Virus record (IMG/VR): IMGVR_UViG_3300003279_000015
Coordinates: 1-59,018 of that record
Reading direction: 5' to 3' (one strand)
Length of the DNA stretch: 59,018 nucleotides
Source of the DNA: a virus
Taxonomy: Duplodnaviria; Caudoviricetes
Positions 28,817 through 37,888 of the stretch are shown here, piece by piece. The notes below the pieces were generated by a model. It saw only the letters and a program-made list of their open reading frames with translations. It did not search any database and had not been told where the DNA came from. The stretch's first letter is position 1. Each line of letters begins with the position of its first letter. Position numbers and translations under genes: made by a program.

Positions 28817-29244
28817 CGACCATGACGATCAACGATTCCGCAGTCTTGCGTCGCCGGAAATTCCTCGAGGCATTGCCACTGCTGGCGCTGGCGCTGGCTG
28901 GATGCGAAGCCGGGGTCAAGGTCGATCTTAACGCCAAGTCGATCGTCGATGGCGTCGTCGATGGCATTGCGCGTTTTGCGCCGCCGGATCTCGCGGGAAA
29001 TCTTATCGCTGCGCGGAAGCAGCTTGAGGCAGGCGGCGACTGGAAGAAAACGACCGCCGCATTCATTCCCCTGACCCAGTCGATAATCGACCTGGGCGTG
29101 GTGCCGGAGCCCTATGCAAGCCTCACTCGCACCGCGCTGGGCGGGCTGGGCCTGCTTCTCGGCTATGCCGGCGCTCCCGGAACGCCAGTCGTCACGATGC
29201 CGCAGGCGCTTGATGCGGCGAAGCAACTGCGCGACCTGCGGTGA
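28813..29244 (+). CDS. Lipoprotein (possibly spanin-like)
   Basis: RRRKFL..LLALALAG|C lipobox. Confidence 0.65.
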   Translation: MTTMTINDSAVLRRRKFLEALPLLALALAGCEAGVKVDLNAKSIVDGVVDGIARFAPPDLAGNLIAARKQLEAGGDWKKTTAAFIPLTQSIIDLGVVPEPYASLTRTALGGLGLLLGYAGAPGTPVVTMPQALDAAKQLRDLR

Positions 29245-29372
29245 TAGAGGCGGCCGTCCGTGTCTGCCTGATTGCGGTCACGGCGGCCGGTCCCCCGGCG
29301 CTGTTCTATGGCCTGTGGCGGCTGTCGGATCACCTGGTCCAGCCGAAGCGACAGACCAACCGGAGAACGTGA
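29241..29372 (+). CDS. Small hydrophobic peptide (43 aa)
   Basis: GTGA and TGATG overlaps with both neighbours. Confidence 0.4.
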   Translation: MIEAAVRVCLIAVTAAGPPALFYGLWRLSDHLVQPKRQTNRRT

Positions 29373-29488
29373 TGGCGTGGTGGGCGTGGGTGCTGCTGGG
29401 CATTGCCATCGGATGCTTCCCGCTCTGCGGCGTGCCGATCCTGCCGGCGCTGTTGGCGAGGGCTGCGCTGCGGATGAGGATTATCTGA
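29372..29488 (+). CDS. Small membrane peptide (38 aa)
   Basis: GGAGA RBS; MAWWAWVLLGIAIG.. Confidence 0.5.
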   Translation: MAWWAWVLLGIAIGCFPLCGVPILPALLARAALRMRII

Positions 29489-29506
29489 TGCAGATTGGGG
29501 GGTGTG

Positions 29507-29665
29507 ATGGCGGGTGACGACACCAAGGCGATGAGGAAGTGGGGGTTGGCCGCATTTGCCATCCTGGCTGCGGTGATTGGCGGTCTAGGATCCATCCCGC
29601 TTTTCGGCGGGTATTCGGTCTGGGGCATGCTGCGGCTGCTAATCACCACGAACTGGAAATACTGA
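29507..29665 (+). CDS. Small membrane peptide (52 aa)
   Basis: RKWGLAAFAILAAVIGGLG TM segment; abuts the next gene. Confidence 0.5.
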   Translation: MAGDDTKAMRKWGLAAFAILAAVIGGLGSIPLFGGYSVWGMLRLLITTNWKY

Positions 29666-29666
29666 C

Positions 29667-30476
29667 GTGAGCGAGGGCGACTGGAATATCGACGGCCGCG
29701 GCGACGCATCGCCGTCCGTGGCCGGCCGGCCCATTCCCAGCCTCGGTGCCCGCTACCGCCCCGCGCCGGCCGCTGTGCCCCAACTCCGTGCCGCAGCGAG
29801 CATGGCAAGCGCCACCTTCCCGGCCGAATGCAACTGGCTGGCCGGCCTGGACCTGACCGGCGAGGACGGGCAGCCCGACGCGCTCGGGAACCTGCTCCGT
29901 CCCGTCTGCGTTCCTGTGGGCGCCGCTCGCATGCTGCAGGTGCAGTGCGGCGACGGCCGCAAGCCCAGCCAGGACCTCGTCGACGGTCTGTTCCGCGCCT
30001 GGGACGGCGACGAGATGATGGGCACGTTCACCGACACCGCGTTCGCCAGGCTGTCCTCCCGCGGCGTGCAGTGGGCGCCACAGCGCCTCGTCGTGCCGCG
30101 GTGGACGGTGATCGAGGCGGACGGCGTGGCACCCGACATGAGCGCGCTGAAGCTGGGGGTGTGGGCGCTCGGCGGCGTGCTGGCGTGCTTCAATATGACG
30201 CCGGAGGCGATGTCCTCGGACAGATGGGAACTCGGCCGCGCGACCAGCGAGTCCGCCGGGATGCACCTGGTCTATGTCGGCGGCTACACGCCATCGGAGT
30301 GGATCGTCCTGTCCTGGGCGAAGCCGATCATCGTCGGACACAGCTTCATGGCCAGCCGCCTGGTGCACGCCAGCGGATTTGCCAACCTTGCCTGGGTGCG
30401 GCCCGGCGGCAAAACGCCGTCTGGTTTGAGCGCCGACCAACTGCTGGCGATCGGTGCCAGCATCCACGGAGTATGA
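29667..30476 (+). CDS. Papain-like (C1-type) cysteine peptidase
   Basis: LGN....C, GGV, G.H.V.V.GY....IVLSW in papain catalytic order. Confidence 0.6.
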   Translation: MSEGDWNIDGRGDASPSVAGRPIPSLGARYRPAPAAVPQLRAAASMASATFPAECNWLAGLDLTGEDGQPDALGNLLRPVCVPVGAARMLQVQCGDGRKPSQDLVDGLFRAWDGDEMMGTFTDTAFARLSSRGVQWAPQRLVVPRWTVIEADGVAPDMSALKLGVWALGGVLACFNMTPEAMSSDRWELGRATSESAGMHLVYVGGYTPSEWIVLSWAKPIIVGHSFMASRLVHASGFANLAWVRPGGKTPSGLSADQLLAIGASIHGV

Positions 30477-30721
30477 CCATGCGGATCCTGACCATCGTTG
30501 CGGCCCTGGCTGTGGCGGCTCTCCCGGCGTCGGCGGCGCTGCCGCCCGAGACCTACGCCGGCCCGCTCGGCAGCCGCCTGGCGGCGCAGTGGAACATCAT
30601 GACGTCCTCATTCGGCGACGGCTCCTACGTCGCCCCGTGGGCCGCCCTGAAGCCTGGGCAGTACCGGAACCCAACCTCCGGCAAGGTCGAGGGGGCGCCA
30701 ACCGGGCCCTTCAGCCGTTGA
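30473..30721 (+). CDS. Small secreted protein
   Basis: MRILTIVAALAVAALPASA| signal peptide; ATGA overlap. Confidence 0.6.
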   Translation: MTMRILTIVAALAVAALPASAALPPETYAGPLGSRLAAQWNIMTSSFGDGSYVAPWAALKPGQYRNPTSGKVEGAPTGPFSR

Positions 30722-30987
30722 GCCGCACCAGCTCGGAGATCGCGTCCCTCTGTGGGCGCGGTCTCGCGAAGGGCAAGCGCGGCGTGAACGACGCGGAATT
30801 CAAGGACATCTGCGCGTCCGGCCTGCGCCAGGCTGAGTCGATCGCGTCCTACACGGACCTGCGGAAACGTGCTGCCAGCCTGAAAAAGCGGCTCGCGCGC
30901 GGCACCATCACGCCGGCTGCTGCCCTCGACGATCTGGTCGCGATGGCGAAGCCGGTGTCGGTGAAGCCGGAGGTCCACGCCGTATGA
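30718..30987 (+). CDS. Hypothetical protein
   Basis: TTGA/ATGA coupling with neighbours. Confidence 0.5.
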   Translation: MSRTSSEIASLCGRGLAKGKRGVNDAEFKDICASGLRQAESIASYTDLRKRAASLKKRLARGTITPAAALDDLVAMAKPVSVKPEVHAV

Positions 30988-31229
30988 CCACCGCCTCCGA
31001 AGTCCGTGTCGGCGATATCGTCCTGTGCGTGCAGGGCGCCGCCGACCGTGTGAACAACGCCGCGGTGACCGAATTCGCCGCGATCGTGACGTACGTCCCA
31101 GCGCCCGGCATCGTCGACCTGACGCTGTTCTGCCCGCCGGTGGTGGGGTATCTGCCAACGATGACGCTGTCGAAGATCCCGCATGAGTCGATGGTTGCGG
31201 AGGGGCGTTCGTTCTGGCGGAGCCGGTAG
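30984..31229 (+). CDS. Hypothetical protein
   Basis: GGAGG RBS; VGDIV..AAIVT..VDL pattern. Confidence 0.6.
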   Translation: MTTASEVRVGDIVLCVQGAADRVNNAAVTEFAAIVTYVPAPGIVDLTLFCPPVVGYLPTMTLSKIPHESMVAEGRSFWRSR

Positions 31230-31309
31230 GGGCGGGTTATATCCCTGTCCCTGCCCTCGTGCCGGCGGTTGCACCTGCCCCGGTCAGCCGTTCTCACCAC
31301 CAGCGCAGC

Positions 31310-31355
31310 GCGCGCCCGCCGTCAACCTCCCCGGCGGGCGTGTCGCGTTTGTTTC
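31310..31355 (+). terminator. Terminator-like hairpin at the convergence of the late and early operons
   Basis: GCGCGCCCGCCG / CGGCGGGCGTGT stem followed by TTTGTTT. Confidence 0.45.
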
Positions 31356-31386
31356 GGCTGTCACGCACAAAGCCACCGGTTTTGCG

Positions 31387-31611
31387 TTAACCGGGATTTT
31401 CGTCCTGAATCTTTGCGCCTGGATGGGCGACCCCAGCGCCGCGCTCGGCAAGCTGCAGCAACTGCCGGCCGTGCATGTCGAGGAACACCAGGGCCCGGTT
31501 GACCACCGACTGCGCGCGCAGGGTGTCCTCCGGCGTGGTCGCCGGCCGCTCCGCATCATCCAGCAGCGCGCGGAACGTCACCAGGAGCAGGTGCGGGTCG
31601 ATGTTGTTCAT
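31387..31611 (-). CDS. Hypothetical protein
   Basis: ATGA coupling to the HD gene. Confidence 0.5.
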   Translation of the reverse strand: MNNIDPHLLLVTFRALLDDAERPATTPEDTLRAQSVVNRALVFLDMHGRQLLQLAERGAGVAHPGAKIQDENPG

Positions 31612-32237
31612 GGCTTAAAGAATCCGCTGAGGTCTGGTCGGTGCTGGATGGCACTGGTCAGGAGATCGTATTTCTTTGCAAAGGCAGCAGCGGCAGCCGG
31701 GCCTGCTGGATCGAAGTGCAGGTTCACCAGCATTTTCGCGGGTGGCAGATCCACCGTTCGCTGCCAGAAATTACCCACCTGGGGCCTGAGAAAATGAAAG
31801 CGCTCGTAGGAAAGCGCCTCCAGGTCGGCTTTCTTAACCGCGTGCTCGAAGCGGCGCGATACATTGGATCGAGGGTCCGGCAACCCGGCAACCTGAGCGA
31901 CGGCGACGTCGATGCTCCGCCGCATCTGTTCGATGGCTTCGGTCTGCCCTGCCTGGCGGAGGACCGCATAGACCGGTCCCGGTATGTCGCCGATGTAGGC
32001 TTCGTGCGCATCGTGCAGCAGTCCCATCAACTGCACGCCTGTCGGAGCGCCGTCCATCTGCAGGAAGGCAGTGACCAGGAGCGAGTGCGCCGCGACAGAC
32101 CATTCCCGCCCAGGCGCGGTGTGACCTCCGAAGCGCGGGATCCTGGACAGCGCCAGCGCGATCGTGTCGATCGAGATATCCTTTGCCGTTGGGTTGGTGA
32201 GGGGGAATCCTTGGCCGCTCACGGTGTGCATGATCAT
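31608..32237 (-). CDS. HD-domain nucleotidase (YfdR-like)
   Basis: IA.ALS...RF.GH, SVAAHS, LLHDAHEAYIGD, KKAD. Confidence 0.85.
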   Translation of the reverse strand: MIMHTVSGQGFPLTNPTAKDISIDTIALALSRIPRFGGHTAPGREWSVAAHSLLVTAFLQMDGAPTGVQLMGLLHDAHEAYIGDIPGPVYAVLRQAGQTEAIEQMRRSIDVAVAQVAGLPDPRSNVSRRFEHAVKKADLEALSYERFHFLRPQVGNFWQRTVDLPPAKMLVNLHFDPAGPAAAAAFAKKYDLLTSAIQHRPDLSGFFKP

Positions 32238-32512
32238 GTCGGTGGTTCTCCGTTCAGGTGGGTGAGGCGATCGCGCATCCACGCGGTAGACGCCGCCCGG
32301 CCGCGGCGGATGCGGTCGCCGGCCTGGGGCCCGTGTAGCCCGACCTTCATCGTCGGGTCCTCCCCCTGCAGGACGCGCACGACCAGGGCGACGCGGCGCC
32401 AGGGCATGCCGATCTTGCGGGCGATCTCGCGCATGGTGTGCGCCGGCCAGTGGGCGCGGACCTCTGCCTTCTCGATGTCGGTGACCGGGCCGAGGCTGTT
32501 TTTCCGCGGCAT
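32234..32512 (-). CDS. Small HTH-like protein
   Basis: TMREIARKIGMPWRRV. Confidence 0.5.
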   Translation of the reverse strand: MPRKNSLGPVTDIEKAEVRAHWPAHTMREIARKIGMPWRRVALVVRVLQGEDPTMKVGLHGPQAGDRIRRGRAASTAWMRDRLTHLNGEPPT

Positions 32513-32610
32513 CAGTCGCATTCCAGCTTCGGTGCCGGGTCGCCGCAGTGTCCGCATGCGCGGTTCCAGGGGCGCAGTTTCCCGCACCGAGAGCAACGTT
32601 CGATGATCAT
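32512..32610 (-). CDS. Mini zinc-ribbon peptide (32 aa)
   Basis: MIIERCSRCG......ACGHCG; overlaps both neighbours. Confidence 0.45.
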   Translation of the reverse strand: MIIERCSRCGKLRPWNRACGHCGDPAPKLECD

Positions 32611-32795
32611 CCTGGTCGCCTTTCACATGAGATGGGGAACTCGGCAGGTTCGCCACGCAGCGGCATCCGCGCGATCGCGGCAAAGCATTCTGCCTCGGTG
32701 GGAAAAGGGCCGCCATGCTCGATGACGGTGCAGGCGATCGGCGGGCCGGTGACGCAGTGCCGCGCGATCAGCAGCCAGACAAACATCACCTTCAT
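32607..32795 (-). CDS. Small Cys-rich protein
   Basis: MKVMFVWLL.., F.T.AEC; ATGA overlaps. Confidence 0.45.
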   Translation of the reverse strand: MKVMFVWLLIARHCVTGPPIACTVIEHGGPFPTEAECFAAIARMPLRGEPAEFPISCERRPG

Positions 32796-32968
32796 CGCTT
32801 GCCCTCGTCCGCCATCGCCGCCTTCGCGCTGAACCACCCGGCGCGGAATGCGGCGGCCACGCTCCCGGGATTTCCCTGCGGCGGCTCCGCGGTGCTGGTG
32901 CTCTGCAGGAACGCCAGGATGCCTCGGTTGTGCGCGGTCAGGCGGTCGCTCTGCGAGGGGGTGTTCAT
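32792..32968 (-). CDS. Small Rmf-like protein
   Basis: AHNRG..A.....NP......AFRAGW. Confidence 0.4.
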   Translation of the reverse strand: MNTPSQSDRLTAHNRGILAFLQSTSTAEPPQGNPGSVAAAFRAGWFSAKAAMADEGKR

Positions 32969-33507
32969 GGTGCTGCAACTCCTTTCAGCCACGCCAGGTC
33001 CCTGGTCGTCCATGCGCTGATCTCCATTTTCAGGTGCCCCACCGTGCCCGGCCGGAACGCGCCGGAAAACTTCTCCGTCGCCTCGCCGGTCAGCAACTGC
33101 GCGACGATCGCCGGATAGGCGAGAACCTCGCGGATCCGCAGTGTGCCTTCCTCGATGCAGCGTTTCAGGTGTGGGCACTGCATGGCCGAGCGGGCAGCGC
33201 AGCGGCGGTGTGACAGCGGTTCGACGACCAGCGCCATGCGCCTGCCCTGGACGACGCGTGCGGACTCGAAGCTCAACGAGACCATGTCCTCGCCCAGAGG
33301 CTCTCCGCAAAGGTCACATAGGCGCTGCGCAATGGCCCGCCGCTGCCGGACGCTGTGCGGCTGGGAGAACTTCGGTCGTCCCTCGCCTGGCAGGTGCGGC
33401 TGCCAGAGCGCGATCTTGCCCTGCACCCATCGGCATGGCCGGATCTCGAACCGTTCCTCTCCGCTCCAGCTTGTGGTCCAGGGAACTTCGATGTTGCCGT
33501 ATTTCAT
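32965..33507 (-). CDS. Zn-binding hypothetical protein
   Basis: VPW..SW..E, H..RQ, CDLCG, EP.H..CA..CP. Confidence 0.65.
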   Translation of the reverse strand: MKYGNIEVPWTTSWSGEERFEIRPCRWVQGKIALWQPHLPGEGRPKFSQPHSVRQRRAIAQRLCDLCGEPLGEDMVSLSFESARVVQGRRMALVVEPLSHRRCAARSAMQCPHLKRCIEEGTLRIREVLAYPAIVAQLLTGEATEKFSGAFRPGTVGHLKMEISAWTTRDLAWLKGVAAP

Positions 33508-34439
33508 ACCGGCGCCTCCCGCCACTCGCGGCCGTCCAGCATGGCGCCGGCGGCCTTCTTGCCGACGCGGCGGGTGAGGAATCCGGTACCGCTCGCCCAG
33601 TGCTGGCGGTAGATTTGCTTTGGGTCACCGCGGTGGTCCAGCGCGGCGCCATAAACGATGTCGTCATGATCGGACCAACCGCGATCCTCGCGCCCGTCTT
33701 GGTATGAGAGGAAAAACGATTCCGGGTCGTCCGGCTCAGCGCATTGCTCGGCGACCAGATGTTCACCCCACTGCTTGAAGAAAAACGGCACGCCAGCAGC
33801 CTGGCACTGATTGCGCAGGCTGCGCGCCCAGTCGGGATGCATCGGACGGGCGTTAGGACCACTCTCGCCCCCGGCGATCACCCAATCGATACTCTCAATA
33901 AGCGGAATCAAATCCACCGGACCCAACAGCGGCTCGCATGAGAGAAACCGCTTTGCCGCTGGTGGCAGCAGCAGATGCGGGATGCGTCGGTCGGCCTCGA
34001 CTTGGTTCTCGACCGTGGTGCCCAGCCAGATGTTCGGCCAGATCTTTCCTCGTGGGTATGACGGGAAGAAGTCCCGAATATTCTGCGGGCGCTTGGTCAG
34101 CAGCAGCCAGTCCAGGTGCGGCGTGGCAAATATCAGATCGAACAGGTCTGCGCGCCAGCTTGGCATCGCCTTATTGTCGAACACGTCGGCCAGGCTGGCG
34201 CAGAACACTTTGCGCCTGACGCCATCCCGCTCGGCGTCTCGGTTCCACTTCGCTGGTTCCCGCCAATAGGCAACACTGGTGCGGCGGCGCTCGCCGTTCC
34301 ATAGACCGGCCTGCCCGGTGCGCTTCGCCCATCCTTCGGCGTAGCAGTTGTCGCATGCAGGTGAGACCTTCTGACATCCGGTCCACGGATTGAAAGTGTG
34401 ATCGCACCACTCGATTTTGCTGTTCTCAACCACGAGCAT
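33504..34439 (-). CDS. DUF5131 (Gp37/Gp68) radical-SAM-like protein
   Basis: IEWCD.TFNPW.GC.KVSP.CDNCYA, LLTKRP, GGESG, FFKQWG. Confidence 0.92.
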   Translation of the reverse strand: MLVVENSKIEWCDHTFNPWTGCQKVSPACDNCYAEGWAKRTGQAGLWNGERRRTSVAYWREPAKWNRDAERDGVRRKVFCASLADVFDNKAMPSWRADLFDLIFATPHLDWLLLTKRPQNIRDFFPSYPRGKIWPNIWLGTTVENQVEADRRIPHLLLPPAAKRFLSCEPLLGPVDLIPLIESIDWVIAGGESGPNARPMHPDWARSLRNQCQAAGVPFFFKQWGEHLVAEQCAEPDDPESFFLSYQDGREDRGWSDHDDIVYGAALDHRGDPKQIYRQHWASGTGFLTRRVGKKAAGAMLDGREWREAPV

Positions 34440-35112
34440 TTTCCTCCCGCTCGAATTTCACCACCCAGACGTAGGGGTTGGCGTTCCAGGCACCCGCGCC
34501 GTTGATGCTGTCCCAGATCGAGACGAACCCGGTGACCGGCGACAGGAAGTTGGCGTAGCCCGGGTCCGCCTTCAGTTGGTCCTCGGTGATAAAGCCGTGG
34601 CCTGGCACGTACAGCCCACCGCCCTCTGCCCTGGCGTCGTCTTCGGTGATCGCCTGCAACCGCTCGACGCGGATCTCCGTCACCCGCAGCGTGATGCGGC
34701 TTGCCCAGCGCGGCATGTGGATCGAGGGGCGCCAGCCACGCTTCAGGTCTTCGGGGCTGCCTGCAGGTGGCTGTAGGTCATACAGCGGCGGCGTGTTGTT
34801 GCCGACCACATCGGCGCGGCATTCGATCCCGTCCCGATATCCTTTCAGGATGCACGGGCGCACTCCCTTCCCCCACGTCTCTCGCACCCACAGGCGGTCG
34901 CCGGGCGCGCCGTAGGGGCAGCGCACATGCTTGTCGATCACCCAATCGTCCTCCAGGCACAGCCCGAAATTTCCGGACGGCTTGCCATCGGCACCGTAGA
35001 GGGCGATGGCGTGCACCGGCTGCGGCTTGATGATCCGCCGCGTCTGCGTCTTCCGGCCGGCCAGGATCGCCTGCACCATCGGACCGGAAAATATGATCGG
35101 GCGCTCCATCAT
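34426..35112 (-). CDS. ASCH/PUA-like phage protein
   Basis: MV.AIL.GRKTQTRR, GDRLWVRE, PSIHMPR.ASRI, NP.VWV. Confidence 0.85.
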   Translation of the reverse strand: MMERPIIFSGPMVQAILAGRKTQTRRIIKPQPVHAIALYGADGKPSGNFGLCLEDDWVIDKHVRCPYGAPGDRLWVRETWGKGVRPCILKGYRDGIECRADVVGNNTPPLYDLQPPAGSPEDLKRGWRPSIHMPRWASRITLRVTEIRVERLQAITEDDARAEGGGLYVPGHGFITEDQLKADPGYANFLSPVTGFVSIWDSINGAGAWNANPYVWVVKFEREENARG

Positions 35113-35432
35113 CTTTTTTCCAGCGCGGCCATCGCGGCGGCGGGGGTGGGGAATGCGCGAGCCGGGCCATTGTAGCGTTCCCGCACGTATGTTTTATTGG
35201 CGTTGCACGCGATCCATCCAGCCTTCATCTTCTGAACGAAAGCGCCGTCTTCCCGAGAATATACTGCGCTGTCCAATGTCCACCCCTCCGGCGGCACATG
35301 CGCCGCCGCTTCGCGTACGGCGACGGCGAGGCGGTGAATTAGATCGGTGTCCCCCATAGTTGAGTGCATTTGTGTCTCTGCACGGATGACACGCACATCC
35401 GCCTCCGCGATAAGCCCCTTGTAGTCGGTCAT
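35109..35432 (-). CDS. Hypothetical protein
   Basis: ATGA-coupled ORF. Confidence 0.5.
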   Translation of the reverse strand: MTDYKGLIAEADVRVIRAETQMHSTMGDTDLIHRLAVAVREAAAHVPPEGWTLDSAVYSREDGAFVQKMKAGWIACNANKTYVRERYNGPARAFPTPAAAMAALEKR

Positions 35433-36043
35433 GCTCCAAGCTCCCGAAGTGCCGCGTCGCATGCGGCGTTGATCTTCGCCATCATCGTCGCCGAGCCGCC
35501 CGCGTCCGGGTGCCACCGCTTCGATAGGTCCCGGCGCATCTGGTGGATCAGCGCGGGAGTGACGATCACGTTGGCGGGAATGTCGAGGACGGTCCGCCAA
35601 TGCTCCGCCTTCTGGCTGGGCAGCGCCGCAAAGCCGGTGAACATCTCCTCGGCGGTGCCCACTCCATATCGCTCGATGGCGCGCGTGGCCTGGATGTGCG
35701 CGGCGATCGCGGCGACGTTCTGCTCGACTCCGACATAGGTATCGGTCGGCAGGACGATCGGCTTTCCGTTGTGGCGCATGTAGAGCGCCGCCCCGTAATC
35801 GCGCAGAACCGGCTGGCGCGCCTTCGGGCTGCCATCTGTGTTCAGGGCGAGGTTCGATGTCAGGATGCAGTCCGTCGCCTTGAGCAACTCGCACTGGTTG
35901 ACCAGGCGTTTCATGGCCTCGTGCAGGGTGATGTCTTCGCGCCATCCTTGTGAATTCTTGAAGTTGAAGCTACCGGCAAACGGAAACTTCACGCGCGGTC
36001 GGCCCTCGGGCCATTGGAGGGGATGCATAAGAGTGATCTTCAT
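35429..36043 (-). CDS. J-domain (DnaJ-like) protein
   Basis: PLQWP.G.PR N-terminus; C-terminal HPD.GGS...M..IN.A. Confidence 0.85.
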   Translation of the reverse strand: MKITLMHPLQWPEGRPRVKFPFAGSFNFKNSQGWREDITLHEAMKRLVNQCELLKATDCILTSNLALNTDGSPKARQPVLRDYGAALYMRHNGKPIVLPTDTYVGVEQNVAAIAAHIQATRAIERYGVGTAEEMFTGFAALPSQKAEHWRTVLDIPANVIVTPALIHQMRRDLSKRWHPDAGGSATMMAKINAACDAALRELGA

Positions 36044-36079
36044 GTTGCGGTCCTCGGTGTTGCGGTGTGGCCAGCGGCG

Positions 36080-36283
36080 TTATGGGTGGATCCATCCTCC
36101 GTTCAGCAGCATGGGCGCGGTGGCGATCGCGAGCGCGAACAGGATGACGCACCAGAGCCGGCGTCGGGCTGCCTTGCGCCGCCGCTCGGCCGCCAGGTGG
36201 GCCAGGTAGGCGCCGGCAACAGCCTTCAGCGCCGTCAGGACGTCCTCCGGAGCGATCTGTGGCTGGTCCTGGTGGTCGCTCAC
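36080..36283 (-). CDS. Small membrane protein
   Basis: Basic stretch followed by a TM segment. Confidence 0.45.
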   Translation of the reverse strand: MSDHQDQPQIAPEDVLTALKAVAGAYLAHLAAERRRKAARRRLWCVILFALAIATAPMLLNGGWIHP

Positions 36284-36443
36284 GGGCGCCCGACCTGCCA
36301 ACGCGCCAACAAACACGGATTTCCGCGGGCTGTGCGGCGTTTCGGCATTTCTGCGTCCGGCTGGGCGCCCGTGAAGCCTGGGGCGCCACGGGGCGGCTGT
36401 GTGGCCCGTTTGCGGGGGGGCGGGTTCGGCATGGGTCCCTCCA

Positions 36444-36818
36444 TCAGAACCAGACCCGGCGGAGGAACAGGACGGCGTTCCCGTAGATCACCGGCCAGTC
36501 CGCTGTGATCCGCGCGATCACGGCCGGGTCGGTCGGGTTGCCATGCTCGTGCACCAGCATGTTGGCGTGGTAGATCGCGGTGGCTTCGGCGTTCACCGGC
36601 AGCCCTTTTCGCTTGCTTTGCTCGTCGACGAACATGTCGCGATAGGCGCCGCAGTGCCAGACGCGCACGCGCTCGAGGTCCGGCTCCGGGTTCCCGGGCA
36701 TCACCAAGTGCGGAGCGATCACCCGATGCAATTCCGACAGGCGCGGCTCTGGGCTCATCTCGACGACGATGTTCGTCGGCGTCTCACCGATGGCGATCCG
36801 GATATAGGTTGTCTCCAT
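36444..36818 (-). CDS. DUF3846-like protein
   Basis: MFVDE..K.KGLPVN..AT, IYGNAVL. Confidence 0.6.
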   Translation of the reverse strand: METTYIRIAIGETPTNIVVEMSPEPRLSELHRVIAPHLVMPGNPEPDLERVRVWHCGAYRDMFVDEQSKRKGLPVNAEATAIYHANMLVHEHGNPTDPAVIARITADWPVIYGNAVLFLRRVWF

Positions 36819-36843
36819 GGTCGTGGTCCTTTGTGGTTGCGGG

Positions 36844-37602
36844 TCAGCACTCTTCGCCGGAGGGGAAGCCGCGGAATTGCCTGAAGCAATCCTCACTGCA
36901 GAACTCGCCGCGGTCCCAGACGATTTGCTCATCAGGGACGTCGAGGTCACCCAGCTTGAAGATTTCGCAATATCTGTCCCGGAATGCCACGGTGTAGCCT
37001 TCCGATGCCGCGGACGAGCCGCAATGATCGCATGCAGCTTCCCGCGACCGCTCTTCATATTCATAGCCCTCGCAGAGGAAGTGCCGCTCGGCGCCGTTGG
37101 CGTCGAAGTGTGTCTCGCGCTCTGGCCCCATGGCATATATTCGCTTCTCGATCCGACCGACCTGGTTGAAGTTGAAATCATCCGGTTGCTCGAAGTCCAG
37201 CGGCTGGCTCAGCATCAGCACCGTTCCGCAGATCGGCGGCAGCCCGCCCAGGTGGCCGGCAGGGTGCAGGGCGTCGCGGATTTTCATGGCGGTGCCGTTC
37301 GGCACCAGCAGGTCGGAGCGGTTATCAAACAGCATGAACGCGCGGCCCGTGCCCCGCTTCATCAGCGGGTGGTAGACCGACGCGGCACCGATCGAGCGCC
37401 ACTCGAGGACGTCCGGAGCCACAAACTCCTTGGCAACCCGGATCAGGTCTTCATCCGTTGGCCAGATGGAGATCTCGACCTTCTTCCGGATCTGCTCGGC
37501 GCGCGGATCAACCGGTATGATCACGGCGTCCATGAACATGGTGGGGTAGCGGATCTTCGTGCGGTCGACCGGCGGCTGCGGCTTCGTGATGATCGGCGGC
37601 AT
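36844..37602 (-). CDS. Hypothetical protein with C-terminal Cys-rich Zn-binding region
   Basis: CDHCG, FCSEDC. Confidence 0.6.
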   Translation of the reverse strand: MPPIITKPQPPVDRTKIRYPTMFMDAVIIPVDPRAEQIRKKVEISIWPTDEDLIRVAKEFVAPDVLEWRSIGAASVYHPLMKRGTGRAFMLFDNRSDLLVPNGTAMKIRDALHPAGHLGGLPPICGTVLMLSQPLDFEQPDDFNFNQVGRIEKRIYAMGPERETHFDANGAERHFLCEGYEYEERSREAACDHCGSSAASEGYTVAFRDRYCEIFKLGDLDVPDEQIVWDRGEFCSEDCFRQFRGFPSGEEC

Positions 37603-37675
37603 GGGTTCGGTTCCTTTGCGGTTGATCGTGTTGCGCATGCGGACATTGCGCGTTGCGCGCGCGTTGGCAAGACTT

Positions 37676-37888
37676 CTAGAGATCGATGCTGCCTTCAGTG
37701 GTGTGGAACGAGACAGCCTTCATGATGAGAAGCTGTCGGTTCGGGTCCTGGCTCAGTAGCCTGTCGACCTCCCGCTTCGCGCTCTCCGGCGACGTGTGGA
37801 TGCGCGCATGGCCGCGGCGGATCCCAGCGTTCTGGAACCCGCGCACGATCCAAAAGGGGCGAGCGCCAGGGATGGCGTCGTCAGGCAC
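37676..37888 (-). CDS. Hypothetical protein
   Basis: FWIV...H...ESA..E..RL pattern. Confidence 0.55.
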   Translation of the reverse strand: MPDDAIPGARPFWIVRGFQNAGIRRGHARIHTSPESAKREVDRLLSQDPNRQLLIMKAVSFHTTEGSIDL

